From NCBI GenBank assembly GCA_002633005.1, contig NMRA01000021.1, positions 78,570 to 142,569 on the forward strand: a stretch of 64,000 bases of DNA. The letters run 5' to 3'. The position numbers and the translations under genes are program-made. This document shows, piece after piece, positions 35,250-48,100 of this stretch. Under the pieces are notes generated by a model that searched no databases, had not been told where the DNA came from, and saw only the letters and a list, made by a program, of their open reading frames with translations. Source of the DNA: Phoronis australis (Eukaryota; Animalia; Phoronida). The stretch's first letter is position 1. Each line of letters starts with the position of its first letter.

Positions 35250-36790
35250 TACACACGCACTCTGAATTATTTTGATAATTTCTACTTATTGTTATGTAAG
35301 GATTACCTTTCTTAAAGTCAACCAAGCTCTTCTCAATTATGCCGCAAACTACCAGTTTTGTACTACGTTGACGAAAACATGTACAATGAATGTTACCTCA
35401 TATTGCTGTTCTTTCTTAAGTATTAACGCACGACACGTGCCAACTCTTTCCTCTTACCAAACAAATCCGTCATCCTTTCACAGTACTGCAAAGGTAAGAA
35501 TTTCATGGCTCAATCGATGACCAGAAGACTGGAGTTATCACGTAGCTAGCTTCAGCAACAACGTAATGTAGGACTTGCAGTCACTCTACTGCATGAGTGT
35601 AATCATGTTGATGTGCATCTAAATCGTTTCAGTTTTCCTGGATATAGTTTTTATATCATGCAGTGTGTCTAGATGATCTTTGCAAAACATACACTCCATG
35701 TCATGCTCATGACTGCACGGAGAGTAGTGTTCAGCAGTCTTCGAGTCACTCAGTGCAAACTTTGTGCAGAGGTCTGCACACCGATTGTCCTAGGTTGTAT
35801 GGAAACCATATTCACATTTCAGGTATTGTTTTGTATTTTTCAGTCTGGAGATGAGAATGTTCACATCTGTGCCATGTGCCTTCAGTAACACATTACTCAA
35901 TAGCTTTATTAATAGTTAGCTGATTGAAGGCATCAGCACCCTCTTCAGCAACAACGCTTGCAGAGACTTCTGTTGAGATGCACTACAGGTTTCAAGAATT
36001 TTTAAAATCATTCTCTTGCTCAGGTCGTTGAAGCCTTCCTCTGAGCAAAATTGTTGGTACTGCTTTATTATGCGAGCTGGGATTACAGTTCGTATGACTC
36101 ATTTTTCCCTATTGTTCATCTTAATGACTTAAGTGCCGTACGCCACGTCCTGTAAAAGCATAGGCTGGCTTTTAAGTTCATTAAAATGATCTGTTTTCTC
36201 CTGATGCAACCTTGCCTGAGTAATCTTCTTGACAGGCAACTCTTCTCTCATGACAACTCGGCTTGCATGAATCCAGGCTTGATAAGTTTCATGAACTGTT
36301 AACCCTAGTATCACCTCCTGTAGCTGCTGCTTAGAGTAGTCATGGGCAAATAATGGTCAAAATCTGTACCCTTGCCCTTGAAGATCCATCAAGCTATGCC
36401 TGTATCCAGTTTTCATCATGTGGTGAAATTGTTCTCAGTGAACAGAATGATACTGTATAACATCACATTACCTACTGCATCTTTAAATATCATGTGGTGA
36501 ATGTGTTCTCAGTGAACAGAATGATACTGTATAACATCACATTACCTACTGCATCTTTACCTATCATGGGGTGAATGTGTTCTCAATGAACAGAATGATA
36601 CTGCATAACATCACATTACCCTCTGCATCTTTGCCTGTCACGGGCTGACTCTTCCATGTGTGTGAAGCTACAGACAGGTGGCAGTTATATGATGTAGACT
36701 CATGATGTTTGTACTTTAATTCCACAACTGGTGCAACATGTAGGGGACGTGGCATACAATTCTTTCAGCGTATACCCAAGTACCAAATAT
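35250..36790 (-). mobile_element. Decayed DDD transposase, Sola3-like
   Basis: Motifs in order across stops and frameshifts: QDVAYGT, VIRTVIPARIIKQYQQFC, ILETCSASQQKSLQ, ADLCTKFALSD...CSHEHDMEC, D*AMKFLP...FGKR..SWHVS. Confidence 0.65.
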
Positions 36791-36807
36791 CGCGAGTCCA
36801 TCATAGA

Positions 36808-37400
36808 TTAAACCTTTGAACTAGTCAGTTGGGTCACTCTTGTCATCCTTGTTGGACTCCTTGTCCTCATGTGAGCAACCACTGTCAAAGCTGCTGACGT
36901 CATAGTACTTTGAAGTAGACTTCTTGCTGTAATAGTGCATGGCCCAGTCTTGTGTAATTGAAATTTGAATTGATGTGGGACGGAGTGAAACCTCATCTTG
37001 TTTAAATGTGGCCTGAGCCTGTCAGCAACATTATACATTTGTGTTACATATTTCGTTTTGGGCTCAGGACTGAATGAGTTGTGAAAAGCATTCATCACCT
37101 CAGTTATCATTTGGGCAGAATGTAAATGTGAAGAAAACCTTGAGAACACCTGATATACATCTTCACGAGTGTGCCCAACCATCAGAAATCCACTTTTTAT
37201 CTTTTGGAAAATTCGTAATTGTGCACAATAGCTCTTGTCACATGAACCTTTAGTTTTCACATGCTGCTTAGAAATTTGCTGGTGCGCTTGAACCCTGGCA
37301 AGGAAGTTTTCTTTTGATCCATGCCATGCACATCTATTTTCGGTTGTTGCACCTGGCTTTTGTGAAGTGTTTGTAATGTTTTCTTCTCTCTGCTGTAAGA
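36808..37400 (-). pseudogene. DUF7869/Sola-like transposase fragment, copy 3 (internally deleted)
   Basis: FLMVGHTREDVYQVFS is present; the LQLDNC..ENKN block is deleted. Confidence 0.7.
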
Positions 37401-38435
37401 GATACGATTTGTTATTAGTAAGTCAAGTGTCTTGCATAGTAGTGCAAATGAGATGTTTTCACAAACTCACTACTTCATGGTATAACTGCATGGGTACTTT
37501 CTTGCTTTCGGCAAGTTTTTCTTTAAGCTCCATGGGTGTCATACAACCCTTCCTTTTACAATTAGAGATTAAGCTCTCTGACGGAGCATTACAACTGCTG
37601 CTAATAGCCATAGAGAGGGACTTGCGCAGTGTGGCACTATACAGCATACACCTACAACATCTTTGACCTTGCCAGATGAGGAGTTCACAACCTGCATGTC
37701 TTAATTGTTGACTGACAGTTATACAATTCCCGATATGCCAGAACTGACTGTGCCTGACTACCCGATATGCCACACCCAACAGGGACTAAGCACTGTAAGT
37801 CCTCCCTATCAAAAGCACGACACACCTCAAACATAAATAAGCTATTCAGTAGCCTACTTACATCACTGACAGACTTATATAGTTTGGGTGAGCCAGTCCA
37901 AAAATCAATGGAAGCAGGCAACACTTTTGAGTGAACATTCACATGAGCAGAAAAATCTGAGACTTTCACAGAGGGGTTGTTACTTTCATTTAGACTGACA
38001 TATTGAATACAGTTATACTATGAGTAGTAAAAATATCCTTCTGTTGGCTCAACGTATTTCAGAGACTCTTTCAGTTTCTCATATGCAGTGTCTTTGTACA
38101 ACACGTCAGTGTCTGTACCTGGACTAACGAGAACGGGGCCACTGTCCAAGATGACATAAAATTCTTCCGCATGATGACCGTCAAGGTCCATCTTTTCTCC
38201 ATGAACAGAATGATACTGCATAACATCACATTACCCACTGCATCTTTGCCTGTCACGGACTGACTCTTCCATGTGTGTAAAGCTACAGACAGGTGGCGGT
38301 TATAAGATGTAGACTCATGATGTTTGTACTTTAATTCCACAACTGGTGCAACGTATTGGGGACGTGGCATACAATTCTTTCAGCGTATACCCAAGTAATA
38401 AATATTGTGAGTCCATCACAGATTAAACCTTTGAA

Positions 38436-39215
38436 CTAGTCGGTTGGGTCACTCTTGTCATCCTTGTCGGACTTCTTATCCTCATGTGAGCAACCAATTG
38501 TCAAAGCTGCTGACGTTGTCATAGTACTTTGAAGTAGACTTCTTGCTGTAATAATGCATGGCCCAGTCTTGTGTAATTGAATTTTGAATTGATGTGGGAC
38601 GGAGTGAAACCTCATCTTGTTTAAATGTGGCCTGAGCCTGTCAGCAACATTATACATTTGTGTTACATATTTCGTTTTGGGCTCAGGACTGAATGAGTTG
38701 TGAAAAGCATTCATCAACTTAGTTATCATTTGGGCAGAATGTAAATGTGAAGAAAACCTTGAGAACACCTGATATACATCCTCATGAGTGTGCCCAACCA
38801 TCAGAAATCCACTTTTTATCTTTTGGAAAATACGTAATTGTATGAGCATAGCACACTGTCCTAGAATATACACATTCTTATTTTCTCTGTAGCAGTTGTC
38901 CAGTTGTAGATAGAGCACTGGTCGCAAACTGTCACGAAGAGTGCACAATGTCGGCAAAAGTAAATTGGCTGACATTGGGACCCTGTCCCCACTGTCCCAA
39001 ATCAAAAAATCCATACCCTATTGTTCTGTGCACAATAACTCTTGTCACATGAACCTTCAGTTTCCACATGCTGCTTAGAAATTTGCTGGTGCGCTTGAAC
39101 CTCGGCAAGTAAGTTTTCTTTTGATCCATGCCATGCACATCTATTTTCGGTTGTTGCACCTGGCTTTTGTGGAGTGTTTGTAATGCTTTCTCCTCTCTGC
39201 TGTAAGAGATACGAT
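38436..39215 (-). pseudogene. DUF7869/Sola-like transposase fragment, copy 2
   Basis: GMDQKKTYLPRF, LYLQLDNCYRENKN, FLMVGHTHEDVYQVFS, PHQFKI; frameshifted. Confidence 0.75.
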
Positions 39216-40246
39216 TTATTATTAGTAAGTCAAGTGTCTTGCATAGTAGTGCAAATGAGATGTTTTTACAAACTCACTACTTCATGGTATAACTGCATGG
39301 GTACTTTCTTGCTTTCGGCAAGTTTTTCTTTAATCTCCATGGGTGTCATACAACTCTTCCTTTTACAATTAGAGATTAAGCTCTCTGACGGAGCATTACA
39401 ACTGCTGCTAATAGCCATAGAGAGGGACTTGTGCAGTGTGGCACTATACAGCATACACCTACAACATCTTTGACCTTGCCAGATGAGGAGTTCACAACCT
39501 GCATGTCTTAATTGTTGACTGACAGTTATACAATTCCTGATATGCCAGAATTGACTGTGCCTGACTACCCGATATGCCACACCCAACAGGGACTAAGCAC
39601 TGTAAGTCCTCCCTATCAAAAGCACGACACACCTCAAACATAGATAACCTATTAAGTAGCCTACTTACATCACTGACAGACTTAAATACTTTGGGTGAGC
39701 CAGTCCAAAAATCACTGGAAGAAGGCAACACTTTTGAGTGAACATTCACATGAGCAGAAAAATCTAACTGAGACTTTCACAGAGGGGTTGTTACTTTCAT
39801 TTAGACTGACATATTGAATACAGTTACACTTTGAGTATTAAAAATATCCTTCTGTTGGCTCAACGTATTTCACAGACTCTTTCAGTTTCTCATATGCAGT
39901 GTCTTTGTACAACACGTCAGTGTCTGTACCTGGACTAACGAGAACGGGGCCACTGTCCAAGATGACATAAAATTCATCCGCATGATGACCGTCAAGGTCC
40001 ATCTTTTCTCCATGAACAGAATGATACTGCATAACATCACATTACCCACTGCATCTTTGCCTGTCACGGACTGACTCTTCCATGTGTGTAAAGCTACAGA
40101 CAGGTGGCAGTTATAAGATTTAGACTCATGATGTTTGTACTTTAATTCCACAACTGGTGCAACGTATAGGGGACGTGGCATACAATTCTTTCAGCATATA
40201 CCCAAGTACCAAATATCGAGAGTCTATCACAGATTAAACCTTTGAA

Positions 40247-41030
40247 CTAGTCGGTTGGGTCACTCTTGTCATCCTTGTCGGACTTCTTGTCCTCATGTGA
40301 GCAACCAATTTTCAAAGCTGCTGACGTTGTCATAGTACTTTGAAGTAGACTTCTTGCTGTAATAATGCATGGCCCAGTCTTGTGTAATTGAAATTTGAAT
40401 TGATGTGGGACGGAGTGAAACCTCATCTTGTTTAAATGTGGCCTGAGCCTGTCAGCAACATTATACATTTGTGTTACATATTTCGTTATGGGCTCAGGAC
40501 TGAATGAGTTGTGAAAAGCATTCATCAACTTAGTTATCATTTGGGCAGAATGTAAATGTGAAGAAAACCTTGAGAACACCTGATATACATCCTCATGAGT
40601 GTGCCCAACCATCAGAAATCCACTTTTTATCTTTTGGAAAATACGTAATTGTATGAGCATAGCACACTGTCCTAGAATATACACATTCTTATTTTCTCTG
40701 TAGCAGTTGTCCAGTTGTAGATAGAGCACTGGTCGCAAACTGTCACGAAGAGTGCACAATGTCGGCAAAAGTAAATTGGCTGACATTGGGACCTTGTCCC
40801 CACTGTCCCAAATCAAAAAATCCATACCCTATTGTTCTGTGCACAATAACTCTTGTCACATGAACCTTCAGTTTCCACATGCTGCTTAGAAATTTGCTGG
40901 TGCGCTTGAACCTCGGCAAGTAAGTTTTCTTTTGATCCATGCCATGCACATCTATTTTCGGTTGTTGCACCTGGCTTTTGTGGAGTGTTTGTAATGCTTT
41001 CTCCTCTCTGCTGTAAGAGATACAATTTAT
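40247..41030 (-). pseudogene. DUF7869/Sola-like transposase fragment, copy 1
   Basis: Same motifs and same frameshift as copy 2. Confidence 0.75.
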
Positions 41031-41039
41031 TAGTAGTAA

Positions 41040-42382
41040 GTCAAGTGTCTTGCATAGTTTGCAAATGAGATGTTTTCACAAACTCCACTTCGTGGTATAA
41101 CTGTGTGCGTACTTTCTTGCTTTCCGCAAGTTTTTCTTTAAGCTCCATGGGTGTCATACAACCCTTCCTTTTACGACTAGAGATTAAGCTCTCTGACGGA
41201 GCATTACAACTGCTGCTAATAGCCATAGAGAGGGACTTGCGCAGTGTGGCACTATACAGCATACACCTACAACATCTTTGACCTTGCCAGACGAGGAGTT
41301 CACAACCTACATGTCTTAATTGTTGACTGACAGTTATACAATTCCCGATATGCCAGAATTGACTGTGCCTGACTACCCGATATGCCACACCCAACAGGGA
41401 CTAAGCACTGTAAGTCCTCCCTATCAAAAGCACAACACACCTCAAACATAGATAACCTATTAAGTAGCCTACTTACATCACTGACAGACTTAAATACTTT
41501 GGGTGAGCCAGTCCAAAAATCACTGGAAGAAGGCAACACTTTTGAGTGAACATTCACATGAGCAGAAAAACCTGAGACTTTCACAGAGGGGTTGTTACTT
41601 TCATTTAGACTGATATATTGAATACAGTTATACTTTGAGTAGTAAAAATATCCTTCTGTTGGCTCAACGTATTTCACAGACTCTTTCAGTTTCTCATATG
41701 CAGTGTCTTTGTACAACACGTCAGTGTCTGTATCTGGACTGTCAAGAACGGGGCCACTGTCCAAGATGACATAAAACTTATCCGCATGATGACCGTCAAG
41801 GTCCATCTTTTCTCCATGGTGACTGCCAACATTGAAATAGGGAATTTCCCAAAATGATGAACGGACTGAATGATCTAATAATGACTGTTCCTGTTGCTGA
41901 CTCACACCTGAATATGGATGTTCAATGTGTCATGTTACAACTCTTCCTCTTTTCCTCCTTGCTGCGATACCAAACTTTTTGTGTTTTGGTGGTTTTGGCA
42001 TCTTCTGAAACACAGAAAGTTACATTATGTGAAGTCTATTCAAAATATAGATCTTTATGTCTTACAGTCGCTACTTGAAGATTTAATTTTTTACACAACT
42101 TTTCAACAGTTAAAAGTAGACCCATAAAACTAAATATTTTGAAATCTAGATGGTCTCAAGTTCTATATTATGAATTTTGCACATCAATCATTCAACCAGA
42201 GCTACAGAAAATGTTTTACCTTCTTTTAGTGTTATATCTCAAGGAAAGTATTTAATAGATTATTCATTGAATTACACCAGAGACTTCCAAGACCAATCGG
42301 GAACAAATATGGCGATAGCAAACAAGGCAAAACAACGCTATCGCGAAGTCTCGCGCGGCGATCATTATATAGCGAGACTGTG
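41040..42382 (-). mobile_element. 5' part of a diverged P-like element (N-terminal region only)
   Basis: ATG 42001 (MPKPPK) follows a splice acceptor. SFWEIP, SGP..DTDTD, NPSVKVS, DFW, LVPVGCG, AYRELY, RC..C...TLRK align by eye with the 48234-47407 ORFs. Candidate terminus rc CACAGTCTCGCTATATAATG at 42382. Part of it is recopied at 37400-38203 and 39215-40014. Confidence 0.7.
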
Positions 42383-42577
42383 GTTATCTTTGTTGTTTGA
42401 AGCCATTGCCTGTCCTTTTGATATTGGTCCAAGGGGACATTACTGTTAACATGAACAAAAAATCAGTAGTTCACTTAAGGGTTTTTACTTTGCATTTAAA
42501 ATGCACAATGTTATTCAATTGATAAAATCAAACTGAATCTCTCAACATGATCATAGTTGTGATAAGAGCATACTTAC

Positions 42578-42753
42578 CTTGAAAGCTTGGAAGTACTGGC
42601 AGTCGCAGTCCTCCAAGAGCTCTAGCATCGCTTTGTAGTTAGTATGATGTGCAATTACCTGCTTCATGAGAGTATACACAATGCGAGAACACCCTTCCAG
42701 GGCAAAGTGCTCAGTATTTCCAATTGAAGTCAATGCACGTGGCAGTGTATTAC
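42578..42753 (-). other. Isolated open exon-like fragment, unknown origin
   Basis: TTCAG acceptor, open frame NTLPRALTSIGNTEHFALEGCSRIVY...CQYFQAFK, GTAAGT donor. Confidence 0.5.
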
Positions 42754-43407
42754 CTGAATTTAATATATGATAAATTATTACACAGATTCTGAAGTGTATT
42801 GTTAAAATAAATAATCATTCTTTGCATTACATTGTTAGACAATTTGGCAAACACTTAGGAGGTAAAACTGTACATTAATATTACAAGTAAGTTGAAAGTG
42901 GGGGTAACTTCAGTATTGGGCCTGCATCAACTGAAATATGATCATTCAAGTCTACCGAAAGTCCCATTACCTGTAGCGCTTTGTGCTGACTTTTACCTGA
43001 AGGTAATGTTGCATCTTCATTGACTTCGACTAAGCTAAAATTACTGGCAGACTGACAGAACATTAACTTCAAGTTATAAATTCAAGAATTTGGTTTTCAT
43101 GTTTCGACTGCAATAAGGAAGATTAATGAAATGGAATAGCAACGCCACTTGATGAGATAAAATGAAGAAGGGCAATTTTTAGCGAATAGATGTGTGGACA
43201 CCGTTGTTATAAGAGCACCAAGGTGACATGCATTAGTGCTGCAGACGCTTGGTTTTTATCATTAAAAGCAAAAGCAGGATCTACCTATAGTGTACACAAC
43301 ACACTTTACTCACCAGGCTCTTACTCCACCTGCTTAAAACGAAAAAAATAGCAATTTGGAAAATCAGTTTTTTGGTTTTCTCTGTATTTTTGTTGCATTA
43401 TGTGCAG

Positions 43408-44118
43408 ATGTCACACTCCGGCTTCATGCATTTAACTCTTCTGTTTGCATTCTTGGCATAGAATGTGTTATAAATTTTTTTTCAAAGCCACCTTCCAGAA
43501 GACAATGACTTTATATGTCAATTTGTTCAGGTATTTCTTCTTCAGTTTTTTGAAGATGTCGTAGTAGCAATCAAAGACAGAATGCGCAAACAGAGTGAAG
43601 AAATGGTGAAGGAGTTTACAGATGATGACAACTACACTCTGGCCTACATTGCTGGGTACTTGTTGAGAGTTGCTCCCAATAAGTCGCCAAAACACTGAGC
43701 TAGTGAAATGAAAATCCTCTGTTAATCGTGGGAATGTCACCGTGACAATGTGGATAAAATTTGCTTGTGGATATCCAAAGTGTCTCGTGGAAATCTGAAG
43801 GTTCCGTCACCAGACTTTTTGTCGCTCATTCAACATTATGAATCTGTTGTGAGGAAAACTGTTGACATTTGCCAACTGAGCAGGACGTCAATGGACAAGC
43901 ATAGACTGACTGAAAACATTTTGTGCGACCATGCCGTAAAAAGTATATGGGAGAATACTGGCTAGCCAGTTGTTTTGAATGAAATACTGGTCAAGATATT
44001 TTTGACAGTTAGAGGATTTGCCGTTACAAAACTTTTAAAGAAAGGGACAAAACGTCTGTCAGAGTCGGAAGGTGGACAGTCATTTAGAAAATCACTGAAG
44101 CAACTGTGTAACAACTAG
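43408..44118 (+). pseudogene. Convergent accessory ORF resembling the P-transposase/THAP9 C-terminal domain
   Basis: Acceptor at 43407. LAYIAGYLL, WISKVSRGNLKVPS, FLTVRGFAVTK and basic tail SFRKSLKQL; internal stops. AATAAA near 44144. Confidence 0.65.
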
Positions 44119-45121
44119 GACTATAACATTACTCCCAGGTAACAATAAAAATGCACGTGATTGACTTACAAGTGACAAAGACACTTAATCTGTGAGTACG
44201 ACAGAGGTTACTGGTATATTTCTTTCAGACATGGCCAAATACTTTAGCTGTTTATTTACTTTTGTATCCTATGAAAACTGTTCAAGTGTAAGTAATAAAT
44301 TAATATAAAACATTGTTTTGCAGTTTTTTTAATTATGAAACAAAAGGTTGTGATGTCATGATTGGTTTGCGCTCCTTAGAATCTCGTTGCTGTAAATTTT
44401 GCAACATATATTACAAGTGATGAACATTCATAACACCACATACTTTGTCGTCTCATTCACTATATTTAAAGTAGCGACGTGCTCCACTTGTACTCAGGCG
44501 TTGCAGTTGAACACTAATGAATGCGCTCATGCTTGAACTCTTCGGCTATAATGCTACCAACTTTGGGTTCTATTAATATCAGCACTCACAAAACCGGATT
44601 TTATTAAAACGACTATTTCATACAAATTCCACTGGACACTGAACGAAATAGAAACGTCAAAAACATCTGAACCTGACACTCATTTACTGAAGTTATGTAG
44701 TTGGTTCGACTATGCAGAACCCTTTTTAAACAAAAAGTCTAATTAAGATATTCACTTGTCCAATGATATATCCCCAACACAAACCAACGTCTTCCTTTAG
44801 TCACCTGGCTTTTGTCACACTGAAGCACAAGTCGATATTGGGTTGAAAATTAAACAATAACTGTGCTGCATATACGATAAAAAATCAGAAGAATTGGAAT
44901 AGAGAATAATTCAATTTTATTATCTGACATGTGGCGGGTTTGAAAGACTAACAATTCTACATTATACTTTATCAGCAAGCTGCTTTACAACAACACAAAT
45001 ATATACTCTACATAAATATCATAATCAACACCAGAGTAACCACTGACAGCTTCTTCTACATTCTTAGTGTTCATTATGGTGGTGAACTGCAATGTTTATC
45101 TGACTTCACAGCCCTAGATCC

Positions 45122-48100
45122 TCACACTTCATGTCTTCTTGGAAGTGGAGTGTTGTCTATTTGCCTAACATCAGCTCTATTACCAATATTCCCACGAATA
45201 CTATCCACAGCCAAGCTTCCAGCAGTGCGCAACTGAATCATTGCTGCACAGTGGGATTGTCATTGGCACCACCCTTGTGTCTATAATGACCAAAATGTTG
45301 TTCTAAAGTGTCCTGGTTAAAAGAAGAAGTTAAGACAAATGGTGCACCCTGTTCTAACAGAAACACCATCAATTCAACCACTGACCTCACAGTTATTTCA
45401 ATACCAGTCAATGTCTGGTGGCTCAACAACATTTTTGCCTTGGCTGCTTTACCAAAGCCAGCTCTGTTATTCACTGCATCAGTCCAGTTGTGGAAAAAAC
45501 CCGAGACATTCATCCAATAACCAGTTCAGTCGCTCATCATTAACACTTTTATATGCCTCCAAATCTGAGTTCTTAGCCCTAACACCTTCCTTTAAATTTT
45601 TAGTATTTAACAAGTCAAACATTTTATTAATAATTCGAATAAACTGGACAGTTCCTGCTACTTCATTTCCATAATAGAATTCTAAAGCATTGCTACTGTA
45701 CTGCTCATTAACTGTGCAGCAAGATTAACTTTCATACATGAAAATGGCACCTGCNTTGTCATTGGCACCACCCTTGTGTCTATAATGACCAAAATGTTGT
45801 TCTAAAGTGTCCTGGTTAAAAGAAGAAGTTAAGACAAATGGTGCACCCTGTTCTAACAGAAACACCATCAATTCAACCACTGACCTCACAGTTATTTCAA
45901 TACCAGTCAATGTCTGGTGGCTCAACAACATTTTTGCCTTGGCTGCTTTACCAAAGCCAGCTCTGTTATTCACTGCATCAGTCCAGTTGTGGAAAAAACC
46001 GAGACATTCATCCAATAACCAGTTCAGTCGCTCATCATTAACACTTTTATATGCCTCCAAATCTGAGTTCTTAGCCCTAACACCTTCCTTTAAATTTTTA
46101 GTATTTAACAAGTCAAACATTTTATTAACAATTCGAATAAACTGGACAGTTCCTGCTACTTCATTTCCATAATAGAATTCTAAAGCATTGCTACTGTACT
46201 GCTCATTAACTGTGCAGCAAGATTAACTTTCATATATGAAAATGGCACCTGCTGAGCTTTGGACATAAGGAATATAAGTTATTTTCACAGTGCTGCTCAT
46301 ACAGCCGAGTTATGTGCTGCCATAGCATATCTTGTCCATTCCACAAAAATCTCGAGTACATGTGCTCCAGAGTTACTAAAGCAATTGCGGGTCGTTTTCA
46401 ACAGATGTGGGGATCAGAAATAAAATACAGTTACAGTTTACAAATAGAGATGGGATTTGCACATCGGTACACTAGACGTTCTAAATTTTCATCATTACCA
46501 ATTCTATGCAAATTGAAAAACTTTCTATTGGGTGATGCCCCATCACAAGTGATAAATATCACACGCAGATTGAGATCAATCTCAAGAACTTCAATACATT
46601 TCCAAATGACAAGATACAAGAAGTAACTAGTAATGCCATCAGTTGCATAATTAGCTAAAGGGAACTTGAGACTAGATGTTGCACCCCTCACCATTATTAC
46701 CAATACATACTTAGCAACAGTTGAACCTTGATTGTGTAAAACATCTCTTAAATTTTGTAGCTGCTCAGCTACGCTCTCCAACTCCACATAACCTATCGGT
46801 TCACCTGTGTGCTTATTATACACTAATTCGTCCTTAACCAGGACTTCGTCCTGCAGTAAGCCCACGAATTTCTTGTGCCCAACAGTATAGCACCCTTCCT
46901 TTTCACAAACTTGCCTTAGTTGACTCAACACATCATGCTGAACACCACACTTTGAGACTTGAAAATGGCTATAATCATATAAAGTCCTAGAGCTAGGTAA
47001 ATTGATGAAACCACTGTCTCTCATGGCCTCATAAGCTTTACTAGACTTGGACTTCAAGTATAAACACCACCTAATCACCATTGGATGCCATTTCATCCCC
47101 TTACTACTCTGACTATTGTTAAATTTCAGTTGTTGCTCCCAGAACAGACGCTGGTAGCTATCGCTTGGGAAACTGCTTTGCACCTCTGTCTCAAAACTGT
47201 GCAATTTTCGAGAGTGAAAAACTATCAGAGTCTGAAAGACGCTGACCGTGCACATCTATTAGATCTCCCAACTGCTTGCTCAGAACCTTAACCCGATTGC
47301 CTAACGGTTTCTAGTTCTTTTTATTTTCAATAAGTTTGAGACGCAGTTCCGTAACGCTCATTGCACTTTCCCTCTTTCGGCTGTTAATTAGACTTTTGGG
47401 CTGAGATTAAACACGAGCCCGTGACAACATTTTCCTCAGGGTACCGCCGTACACTTTGCACTTCCTGCACTGTAGACCTGTTGCGGCAACTAAATCGCAA
47501 TCTGTATGCCGAATTGTAGCTTTGTCACCATACATCTCTCTGTACGCTTGTATAGGGTTACAAGCTTGACTACTCAGTCCAGCACCAATAGGAACCAGGG
47601 TCTGAAAGTCTTCACGACAGTTGCCCACACACAAATTCCACTGGCTTAATTTTGATAAAAGTTGCAAGATACTGTGACTTGTGGAGAAATGTAGGGGCAA
47701 ACCCAGCCAAAAGTCACTTCTTCCAGGTAGCGGTTTGCCATGGATGTTGACAACACCAAAAAAATTGTTATCAATTATCACTGAAACCTTTACCATAGGG
47801 TTGTGGGACTGGTACATGGCAAGAAATTGAATATGGCCATACTTGCTGTTGCACACAAAGTCACCTGGAAGCTCAATTTTGCTGATCACTTTTCTCAACC
47901 GCTCATACACCGTGTTGTAGTACATCAAGTCAGTATCTGTTTCATTGTCAACTTTTGTAGGCCCACTTGGAAGCATTAAATAGAACTCATTCGCATAGTG
48001 TCATTCGAAATCTGGTTTTTCATTTGTAACTTGATGTATTGCATTATACCCCTCACCATGAAAGTTTGGTATTTCCCAAAAGGATGAGTCAGGGACACTC

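Larger units (their letters stand above)
36580..41818. repeat. Tandem triplication of a 1.6-1.8-kb chimeric TE unit
   Basis: Junction motif TTCTC(A/C)ATG at 36580, 38195, 40006 and 41810; periods 1615, 1811 and 1804 bp. Copies differ by SNPs and a deletion of about 200 bp near 37220. Confidence 0.95.

Noticed and set aside
36416-36630. Three copies of an approximately 75-bp repeat
   Set aside because: Head-to-tail slippage duplication inside the Sola-like remnant, no unique spacers.
45256-46250. About 500-bp direct repeat of the P transposase catalytic C-terminal region
   Set aside because: Nearly identical copies joined at a single N (45755); contig-overlap artefact likely.
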